A stretch of DNA of 34,268 nucleotides from Anaerolineae bacterium (GTDB lineage Bacteria > Chloroflexota > Anaerolineae > Epilineales > Epilineaceae), in NCBI GenBank assembly GCA_029262755.1, contig JAJCYU010000284.1, forward strand, positions 1 through 34,268. Direction: 5' to 3'. Position numbers and translations under genes: made by a program. The notes beneath the pieces were generated by a model. It worked only from the letters and a program-made list of their open reading frames with translations, was not told where the DNA came from and made no database searches. Positions 17,479-25,024 of this stretch are shown piece by piece (position 1 is the first letter of the stretch; each line of letters begins with the position of its first letter).

Positions 17479-18963
17479 ATGGCCCCATTATTGAATCGCT
17501 TGTGGCGCACCGGCCTTCCGGTCCTGCTGCCGGCCCTCTTCCTTCTCATCGCGCTCGGCGCCCCGCCCGCCCATGCGGGCTCACCGAGCCAGGACGATCC
17601 ACCGACGACGTGCGAGGATCGATGCGAAGAAACGGCGCGTGTAGCGCTCGCTGATTGCTTGGATAGTGGCCGCGCGGAGCCCGCGTGCCGAGCACAGGCC
17701 CGCAAGGTTCTCGAAGACTGCCTCGATCGATGCGAGGGCGACGATCCCCCTTCGTGCCCCGACCGTTGCGAGCAGGTCTTCGTCGAAGCCAAGCAGCGCT
17801 GCGAGGGTGCGGATAACCCTGAGCGCTGCGTCGCTGATGCACGTCAGGCCTTCGAAGACTGCCTCGAAGAGTGTCCCAAAGACGAGCCGGAGCCGACGAC
17901 CTGCGCCGGCCGCTGTGAGCAAGCGTACAAGGCTGAACTCAAGCGCTGCGAGCAAGCCGACAATCCGGAGGCGTGTCAGCGAGAGGCCCATCAGGCCTTC
18001 GAGGATTGCCTGGAAGAGTGCCCCAAGGACGAGCCCGAACCCGGTTGCGAGGACCGCTGCGAGATCGCCTTCAAGGCCGCCAAGGCCCGTTGCGAGGGTT
18101 CGGAGAACCCGGATCGCTGCGTCGCCGAGGCACGTCAGGCCTTCGAGGACTGCCTCGAGAACTGCCCCAAGGACGAGCCCGAGCCCGGCTGCGAAGACCG
18201 CTGCGAGATCGCCTTCAAGGCCGCCAAGGCTCGCTGCGAGGGCGCCGACAACCCCGAGCGCTGCGTCGCCGAGGCACGTCAGGCTTTCGAGCATTGCCTC
18301 GCCGAATGCCCGAAAGACACGCCGTTGCCTAGCACCTGCGAGGGCAAGTGCGAGCTGGCCTACAAGCAGGAGCTCAATCGCTGCGAGCGCGCCGACGACC
18401 CCGAGGCCTGTAAGCGTGATGCCCGGCAAGCCTACGAGCATTGCCTCGAAGAGTGTCCCAAGGACGCGCCGGAGCCACCCGCCCACTGCGAAGCGGACTG
18501 CGCGCGCAAGGCGGTTGCCGTGTTCCTGGAATGCTTCACGGACACGGGTGATGCCGAGGCGTGTCGACATCGCATGGATCGGTTCCTGGAAGAATGTTTG
18601 TTGACGTGCCGGCGCGACGGCGGATTGAGCAACCCTGTCGCCTTGGCGAAGCGCTGCTCCGTGCAGTGTTCGCAAGCCGCGGACCGTGCCCAGGCGGCCT
18701 GTATGAAGGCCGGTGGCAGCGGCGATAGTTGCGACGCTGCGGCCGATGCTGCGCGTGCGGATTGCGCGTCGAAATGCGCAGAAGGGCGGCGCGGTGCCTC
18801 AGGTTGTGAAGGCCACTGCGCTCGTAGTGCCCAATTGGGACGCAAGCGCTGCTTGGCGGATGGCGGCACAGAGGCGGACTGTCAAGCCGCTGCGACTCAA
18901 GCGCGAGCGACGTGTCTGGAACAGTGTTCCCAAAGCCCGCGCACCATCACCAGCAAGCCATAG
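17479..18963 (+). CDS. Secreted cysteine-rich repeat protein: nine C-x3-C-x10-C-x8/9-C-x10-C-x3-C repeats
   Basis: AGGAGG RBS at 17468-17473; signal peptide ending PAHA; 54 Cys in 9 regular repeats joined mostly by Pro/acidic linkers (PKDEPEP). Confidence 0.9.
   Translation: MAPLLNRLWRTGLPVLLPALFLLIALGAPPAHAGSPSQDDPPTTCEDRCEETARVALADCLDSGRAEPACRAQARKVLEDCLDRCEGDDPPSCPDRCEQVFVEAKQRCEGADNPERCVADARQAFEDCLEECPKDEPEPTTCAGRCEQAYKAELKRCEQADNPEACQREAHQAFEDCLEECPKDEPEPGCEDRCEIAFKAAKARCEGSENPDRCVAEARQAFEDCLENCPKDEPEPGCEDRCEIAFKAAKARCEGADNPERCVAEARQAFEHCLAECPKDTPLPSTCEGKCELAYKQELNRCERADDPEACKRDARQAYEHCLEECPKDAPEPPAHCEADCARKAVAVFLECFTDTGDAEACRHRMDRFLEECLLTCRRDGGLSNPVALAKRCSVQCSQAADRAQAACMKAGGSGDSCDAAADAARADCASKCAEGRRGASGCEGHCARSAQLGRKRCLADGGTEADCQAAATQARATCLEQCSQSPRTITSKP
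18019..18306 (+). repeat. Two near-identical 144-bp coding repeat units within the Cys-rich gene
   Basis: Units begin tgccccaaggacgagcccga at 18019 and 18163 (144-bp period); more diverged copies flank them. Confidence 0.9.
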
Positions 18964-19006
18964 ACGGTTAGGCGCGATACCGTTTCCCAGTCAACAATAG
19001 GTTCAC

Positions 19007-19037
19007 CGGATGCCCGGCCTACGCGGCCGGGCATCCG
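19007..19037 (+). terminator. Perfect 13-bp stem hairpin downstream of the Cys-rich gene; probable terminator or stabilising stem
   Basis: cggatgcccggcc-tacgc-ggccgggcatccg; only a weak T-tract follows (tgcttg). Confidence 0.55.
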
Positions 19038-19132
19038 TGCTTGACGGGATGCCGGGCCTCCGCCAGAGTCTTTCGCCCCCCGTGACCATGCAACGATCCT
19101 CACGGATCGTGACCGAATTGTTGGAGGCCACC

Positions 19133-20956
19133 ATGTCGCAGCCGCTACCGACCCGCGCCGAACTGCCTATCGAGCGTACGTGGAACCTCGACGCCATCTT
19201 CCCCAGTCTGGCAGCATGGGAAGCAGCGATTGTCGCCTCGGAGCAACGAATCGACGCCATTCCTGCGTTTGCCGGCACCCTCCACGCAGGCGCGGCGGCA
19301 TGGGCGGACTTCCTTGCCGCCAAGGAAGAGCTTTGGACGGATCTCATGAAGGCGCTGGTCTGGGCGAGCCTGCAATCCGCCACGGACGCACTGGATTCCA
19401 CGGCGCAGGCCCAGACCGGCAGAGCGCGTGGCCTCGCTACGCGCGCCGCCGCAGCGATGGCGTTCGAAGAGCCGGAGCTACTCGCGATCGGCATCGACAC
19501 CCTGCGAGAATGGGTTCGTGAGGAGCCACGCCTCCACGAGATGGGCCATGTCGTCGAGCAGCTTGCGCGCCGTGCCGCGCATGTGCGCAGCGCGGAAGTC
19601 GAAGAAGTCTTGGGGCTGGCCGGCGATGCGCTTGGAGCAGCCGGCGAAGCGTATGGGATGCTGACGAACGCCGAGATGGATTTCGACCCGGCCGCGGATT
19701 CAGAGGGCGACGAGCACGAGGTGGCGCAGTCGAGCATCAACCGTCTCTTGGCGAGTCCGGACCGGGTGCTTCGGCAAAGCGCGTGGCGCGCCTATGCCGA
19801 CGGATACCTGGGTAAGCGCCGTACGCTCGGAGCCTGCCTAGGCGGCGCGATCAAACGCGATGTCCTCCACGTTCGCGCACGGGGTTATGGCTCCTCTCTG
19901 GAGGCCGCGACGGAGCCGGGATTCATACCGCCTGACGTGTGTCGTGGCATGCTCGACGTGTTCGCCGAGAACTTGCCCACGTGGCACCGCTACTGGGCGA
20001 TCCGACGCCGAGCCCTCGGCGTGGACGGCTTGCGTCCATGGGACGTGAAGGCGCCGTTGTCCACCGCGCCCGTCCACGTCGGCTACGAGCAGGGCGTCGA
20101 ATGGATCGTGAGTGGGGTCGCGCCCTTAGGCGAGGAGTATGCGCGGACAGTGCGAGCGGGAGCGCTCGAAGAGCGGTGGGTGGACGTCCTGCCCAATCGT
20201 GGAAAGCGCCAGGGCGCCTTTTCCTCCGGCGTGCCGGGCACCCCGCCCTACATCTTGATGAGTTGGACGGACGATGTGTTCAGCCTGAGCACGTTGGCGC
20301 ACGAACTCGGCCATTCCATGCACAGCTGGCTGACGTGGCGCGCGCAGCCGCTGCAATATGGCCGCTACGGGATGTTCGTGGCGGAGGTGGCATCCAACCT
20401 CACGCAAGCCCTCGTACGTGGCTGGCTGCTGGAAGAAACGCGGGACGATCCCGCAATGCAGCTGGCGTTGCTTGAAGAAGCGATGGCCAACTTCTATCGC
20501 TACTTCTTCGTGATGCCTTCGCTGGCCCGATTCGAGCTGGCCATGCACGAGCGGGTCGAGCGCGGCCAGGCCGTGAACGCCGACATCATGGGCGGGCTCA
20601 TGGCCGATCTGTTGGCGGAAGGCTACGGGGACCAGATGCCCTTCGGAGAGGATCGGGAGCGCATGGGCGTCACGTGGGCACAGTTCCCCCATCTCTTTGC
20701 CAACTTCTACGTGTACCAATATGCGACGGGCATCAGCGCGGCCCACGCACTCGCCGCCCGCCTCTTGTCCGGCGAATCCGGCGCGCGCGAGGATGTGCTC
20801 GGCTTCCTTTCGGCCGGATCGTCCCGCTTCCCGTTGGACGCGCTAGCCTCCGCGGGCGTCGATATGACCAGCAGGGCGCCTGTTGACGCGGCGTTTGCTG
20901 CCCTCGGAGACGTCGTCGATCGCCTAGAAGCGTGGGAACGCGATCAAGCCGTGTAG
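19133..20956 (+). CDS. pepF: Oligoendopeptidase F (M3B family)
   Basis: GGAGG RBS; TWNLDAIF N-terminus; WVDVLPNRGKRQGAFS; TLAHELGHSMHS (HExxH); FVAEVAS; PHLFANFYVYQYATG. Confidence 0.95.
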   Translation: MSQPLPTRAELPIERTWNLDAIFPSLAAWEAAIVASEQRIDAIPAFAGTLHAGAAAWADFLAAKEELWTDLMKALVWASLQSATDALDSTAQAQTGRARGLATRAAAAMAFEEPELLAIGIDTLREWVREEPRLHEMGHVVEQLARRAAHVRSAEVEEVLGLAGDALGAAGEAYGMLTNAEMDFDPAADSEGDEHEVAQSSINRLLASPDRVLRQSAWRAYADGYLGKRRTLGACLGGAIKRDVLHVRARGYGSSLEAATEPGFIPPDVCRGMLDVFAENLPTWHRYWAIRRRALGVDGLRPWDVKAPLSTAPVHVGYEQGVEWIVSGVAPLGEEYARTVRAGALEERWVDVLPNRGKRQGAFSSGVPGTPPYILMSWTDDVFSLSTLAHELGHSMHSWLTWRAQPLQYGRYGMFVAEVASNLTQALVRGWLLEETRDDPAMQLALLEEAMANFYRYFFVMPSLARFELAMHERVERGQAVNADIMGGLMADLLAEGYGDQMPFGEDRERMGVTWAQFPHLFANFYVYQYATGISAAHALAARLLSGESGAREDVLGFLSAGSSRFPLDALASAGVDMTSRAPVDAAFAALGDVVDRLEAWERDQAV

Positions 20957-21056
20957 GAAGGCCTGGCAGCGGGGGCCTGCTCGCCGGGCGGCACGTTGGC
21001 GGCCATCACGTAGCACGGTCGATGCGGATGGATCGCTGGCTCCGCGCGACCTCGCG

Positions 21057-21773
21057 CTACCGTCGCCGCACATGGTATCGACGATCCAATGCCGCCGTGT
21101 CGGATTGCGAGTCGCGCTCGGTGCGCGGCTCGTGATCCGCTGAACCGTTGGCCGGGTCCGACGGTGCTATCGGTTGCTTCGGCGCCGCCAACGCCGCTTC
21201 GATCACCCGCCAAACCGCGCGTTCCCCGCGCTTCTTGGCGGCGGTCGTGACGAGCACTTCGGTGTCGAGACCCCGATTGTCCAGCGCGCGCCGCGTGGCT
21301 TTTCGATTGTGCTCGAGCACGCGCTGCTTCGGCTTGTCCGACTTGGTAAGCACGACGACATAGCGCGCCGGGGAAACGGCCATGACATCCATTGCTTGCA
21401 GGTCGAGCTCCGTCGGCTCGTGTCGGCTATCGATCAGGTGCACGACCAGCCGCAGCGCCTCACGCTCCAACAAGTACTCCGTCAGCACGCGCGCCCACCG
21501 GGCGCGTTCCGCCCTCGGCACGCGGGCGTAGCCGTAGCCCGGCAGGTCGACAAGATAGAAACGCTCGTCGATCAAGTAGTAGTTGAGTTGGCGGGTCTTG
21601 CCGGGCTTGTTGCTCGTTCGTGCCAGCTCGCGGCGGCCGAGCAACAAGTTTACCAAGGAGCTCTTGCCCACGTTGGAACGACCGAGGAACGCGATCTCAC
21701 CGCGCCCGTCATCCGGCATCCCTCGCGCATCGACGGCGCCGGTCACAAACTCCGCTCTGCGATTGGTTGCCAT
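21057..21773 (-). CDS. engB: Ribosome biogenesis GTP-binding protein YihA/YsxC
   Basis: G1 GRSNVGKSS, ARTSNKPGKT, G3 DLPGYGYA, G4 TKSD. Confidence 0.95.
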   Translation of the reverse strand: MATNRRAEFVTGAVDARGMPDDGRGEIAFLGRSNVGKSSLVNLLLGRRELARTSNKPGKTRQLNYYLIDERFYLVDLPGYGYARVPRAERARWARVLTEYLLEREALRLVVHLIDSRHEPTELDLQAMDVMAVSPARYVVVLTKSDKPKQRVLEHNRKATRRALDNRGLDTEVLVTTAAKKRGERAVWRVIEAALAAPKQPIAPSDPANGSADHEPRTERDSQSDTAALDRRYHVRRR

Positions 21774-21971
21774 GCCGCTCTCCCGTCAGATTCCGTCTGC
21801 GTATGCCGCGACCGAAGTGGGTCCGGCAGATGGGCCTGCAGTTTCCCAAGAAACGGGGGATTCTTCGTCACTTAAGGCTAGAGTAGTCCTTGATTGCGTC
21901 CAATGGCCACAGATCTTGTCATTTTGCGAGCATTCACTCATCATTCGCCCGCGTTTCGCGGAGGTGAATCC

Positions 21972-24797
21972 ATGACGTCTTTCCTACCGGTGGGCGACGC
22001 AGCATTGTCCGGGCGGTCTCCCGCGGCAACGAGCATCCTGCGCGTCGGCGCGATCCTCGTTCCGCTCTTTCTCGTGATGGTCATCGTGGCAGCCGTCGCC
22101 TATGCCTGGGCTGCCGCCAGCCTGCCCGATGTCGGCGATCTCCAGGAGCGCGCGAACGCGTTCCGTTCTACCCGAATCTATGATCGCGACGGAGCGCTGC
22201 TCAACGAAGCCTTCGACCCCGACGCCGGCCGCCGCATCCCGATCGCGTTGGACGACGTTTCGGCCGACATCGTGGCGGCGACCGTGTCTACCGAAGACGC
22301 CAACTTCTATGAGCACACGGGCGTTGACCCCATCGCGATCGTTCGCGCCGTGTGGTATGCCCTGCGCGAACGCCGCGTGGTATCCGGTGCTTCGACGATC
22401 CCGCAACAGCTCGCGAAGCGTCTGTTTCTTTCTCCCGAGCGCACGCTACGCCGCAAGCTGAAGGAAGTGGTGCTGGCAACGGAGATATCACGACGTTATG
22501 ACAAGGACGAGATTCTCGAGCTCTACCTCAACGAGATCTACTACGGCAATCTCGCCTATGGCGTGCGGGCCGCGGCCGATACCTACTTCGAGAAAGAACC
22601 CTCCGAGCTGACCCTCGCCGAATCCGCCCTGCTGGCCGGATTGCCGCAGGCGCCCGCCTACTACGACCCATACTCGCGGCCGGAAAGGGCGAAGGGCCGC
22701 CAAGAGGTCGTGCTCGGTCTCATGGTCGAGCAAGGGCACATCAACGAAGCGCAGGCACGCGCGGCGTTGGCGGAGCAACTGGCCTACGTTCCCGTCCACT
22801 TCGACCTGGAAGCGCCGCATTTCACCCTATTTGTCCGCGAGCAACTCGAGGCACGCTACGGCCCCGAGGCCCTGACGAGCCTCGGGCTCGAGGTGACCAC
22901 CACCTTGGACCGCGGTTTGCAGGATGAAGCGGAGCGCTCCGTGTCGGAGCACGTCGCGAGTTTGCGCGATCGATCGCTCGAAGCCACCAACGGCGCCCTT
23001 GTCGCCATCGTGCCGGAGTCGGGCGAGATCCTGGCTCTGGTCGGAAGCGCCGACTTCAACGACGCGGAGATCGACGGACAGGTCAACATGGCGCTCGCGC
23101 CACGGCAGCCCGGCAGCACGATGAAGCCGTTTGCCTATCTTGCGGCGTTGGAAGGTCGCGGCATCGTGCCCTGGACGCCGGGCACCTTGCTCGCCGACAT
23201 CGAAATCCCGTTCGACGACGGCGCCAACCCGCCCTATGTACCGCGCAACTACGACGAGCGCGAACACGGGCTTGTGACGATGCGCACCGCGCTCGGCAAC
23301 AGCTACAACATCCCGGCCGTGCATGCGCTGGACCACATCGGGGTTGACCAGCTCGTTCGCACGGCGCAGCGGCTCGGCATTACGACGCTCACGCGTGCAG
23401 ACTACGGCCTCAGCCTCGTCCTCGGTGCAGGCGAAGTTCCGCTGGTTGAGATGACGAGCGCGTTCGGCGTGCTCGCCAACGAGGGCCTGCGCGTGCAGCC
23501 GACCGCCATCGTTCGCGTGCTCGATGCGGAAGGCAACGTATTGTGCGGGGCCGGGGACGACGAAGAGGCCTGCGTGGATGTCGATCCGGACGGGTTGGCC
23601 CCACGCGAACGAGCCATCGAGGCCAAAGACGCCTTCTTGATCAGCGCCATGCTCTCCGATGCCCAAGCCCGTCTCCCGGCTTTCGCGGGTGTGCTGGACT
23701 CGCTGAGCCTGGCAGACGGGCGTCCTGCCGCGGTCAAGACCGGCACGACCAACGATTATCGGGACAGCCTCACGATCGGCTACACGCCGCAGCTCGTGAC
23801 CGGCGTGTGGATCGGCAACGCGGACCGAACGCCGATGGGCACCGTGCCCGGCTCCATCGGCGCCGCGCCCATCTGGAGCCGGTTTATGAGCGCCGCCCAT
23901 ATCAACACGCCAGTGCAGGAGTTCCGACCGCCCGAGGGTGTTGCGCTCTTCGAGATTTGCGACGACACGGGCACGCTGCCTTCCGAGGCATGTCCAGCGA
24001 CGCGTTCCGCCTATTTCGATGTGGACCGGCCGCCGCTCTCTGCGGAGCACGATCTCTGGCAACGCGTGAAGGTAATCGGCGACGAGCGTGCGCCCGAAGG
24101 CGCTCCGGACTGCCTGGCGGAAGAGCGTGACTTCAAAGTCTACCCCGAGGAACACCGCGCCTGGGCGCTCGCCAACGGTATCGCCCAGCCGCCGGAGTCG
24201 GTGGCGGCCTTGCGCGTTGCCGACCCGGTCGTGCGGATTGCGCGCCCGCGCGACGGCGCGCTGGTCTCCGGCATCGTGACGGTAACGGGCAGTGCGGATC
24301 TGCCGGCCTTCGAATCGTGGAGCCTCTGGTACGGCGAGGGCGTCGATCCATCGACCTTTTTCGGCCCGCTCCTTGGTCCCGACGACGATCCGGCCGACGA
24401 CGAGCGTCTTGGGCGCATCGATTTGCGGGGCTTTGCGGACGGTCCCTACGTGCTGCGGCTCATTGCTCGCGATCGCTGCGGCGAAGAACGCGAGGTGCGC
24501 CGGTCCGTGATCGTCGCGAACCCGACGGCAACCGCAACGCCGAGCCCGTCTCCGAGCCCCTCCGCGACCGCCGCCATCACGGTCGTCGCGACGGTCATGC
24601 TGCCCAGCAGTACACCCACACTCGAACCGCCGAAGCCGACAGCTACCGGCGCGCCGCCGACGTTGGCTCCGCGTCCCACGGTCGAGCCCATCACGGCCGT
24701 ACCCCCTCCGACCCCAACAGACGTGGCGGACGTCCCGGTCGAACCCGTTCCTGGTGTGACCGCCATCTTGCCGGCCCCACCGACCCAGGAGCCGTAG
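21972..24797 (+). CDS. Class A penicillin-binding protein (PBP1A-like transglycosylase/transpeptidase) with C-terminal Ig-like domain and Pro/Thr tail
   Basis: GGAGGT RBS; N-terminal TM helix; TG motifs EDANFYEH, GASTIPQQLAK, RKLKE; TP motifs STMK, SYN, KTG. Confidence 0.95.
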   Translation: MTSFLPVGDAALSGRSPAATSILRVGAILVPLFLVMVIVAAVAYAWAAASLPDVGDLQERANAFRSTRIYDRDGALLNEAFDPDAGRRIPIALDDVSADIVAATVSTEDANFYEHTGVDPIAIVRAVWYALRERRVVSGASTIPQQLAKRLFLSPERTLRRKLKEVVLATEISRRYDKDEILELYLNEIYYGNLAYGVRAAADTYFEKEPSELTLAESALLAGLPQAPAYYDPYSRPERAKGRQEVVLGLMVEQGHINEAQARAALAEQLAYVPVHFDLEAPHFTLFVREQLEARYGPEALTSLGLEVTTTLDRGLQDEAERSVSEHVASLRDRSLEATNGALVAIVPESGEILALVGSADFNDAEIDGQVNMALAPRQPGSTMKPFAYLAALEGRGIVPWTPGTLLADIEIPFDDGANPPYVPRNYDEREHGLVTMRTALGNSYNIPAVHALDHIGVDQLVRTAQRLGITTLTRADYGLSLVLGAGEVPLVEMTSAFGVLANEGLRVQPTAIVRVLDAEGNVLCGAGDDEEACVDVDPDGLAPRERAIEAKDAFLISAMLSDAQARLPAFAGVLDSLSLADGRPAAVKTGTTNDYRDSLTIGYTPQLVTGVWIGNADRTPMGTVPGSIGAAPIWSRFMSAAHINTPVQEFRPPEGVALFEICDDTGTLPSEACPATRSAYFDVDRPPLSAEHDLWQRVKVIGDERAPEGAPDCLAEERDFKVYPEEHRAWALANGIAQPPESVAALRVADPVVRIARPRDGALVSGIVTVTGSADLPAFESWSLWYGEGVDPSTFFGPLLGPDDDPADDERLGRIDLRGFADGPYVLRLIARDRCGEEREVRRSVIVANPTATATPSPSPSPSATAAITVVATVMLPSSTPTLEPPKPTATGAPPTLAPRPTVEPITAVPPPTPTDVADVPVEPVPGVTAILPAPPTQEP

Positions 24798-25024
24798 CGA
24801 CAGCCTCTGTGGCAAGAAGCCGATCCCCGAACCCACCTATGCCCGATCCGCGGCATCCGCTGGGAGCACAGCAGGTGCAGCGCTTCGGCACCCGACCAGA
24901 TCCGGTTCTTGTTGGAAGCCCCTTTTTGGCCGCGACATTGACCGCACCGGAACGCCCCCCCAGAATTCCGGCATGGACTCGCCTGTCGTCAAGCCAACTG
25001 CGTCTCGACTCAACGGCACGTCGG

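Noticed and set aside
18019..18306. 144-bp repeats as a CRISPR array or mobile element
   Set aside because: The units are in-frame coding repeats with no unique spacers, vary mostly at synonymous sites, and have no cas or transposase gene nearby.
17479..18963. Cys-rich protein as a multiheme cytochrome or ferredoxin
   Set aside because: No CxxCH or CxxCxxC motifs; all close Cys pairs are CxxxC.
22827..24836. 669-aa minus-strand ORF, and other long shadow ORFs such as 8060-9757(+), 24837-26618(-), 10077-11225(+), 17581-18675(-) and 29869-31197(-)
   Set aside because: They lie antisense to well-supported genes, have no recognisable motifs, and are expected from stop-codon scarcity in high-GC DNA.
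24317..25024. ORF-track N-terminal extensions (VWA gene from 24317, GH from 9727, rSAM from 17488, MTase from 16032, oxidoreductase from 31793)
   Set aside because: They overlap neighbouring genes and have non-protein-like composition; downstream starts give signal peptides, RBSs or stop/start coupling.
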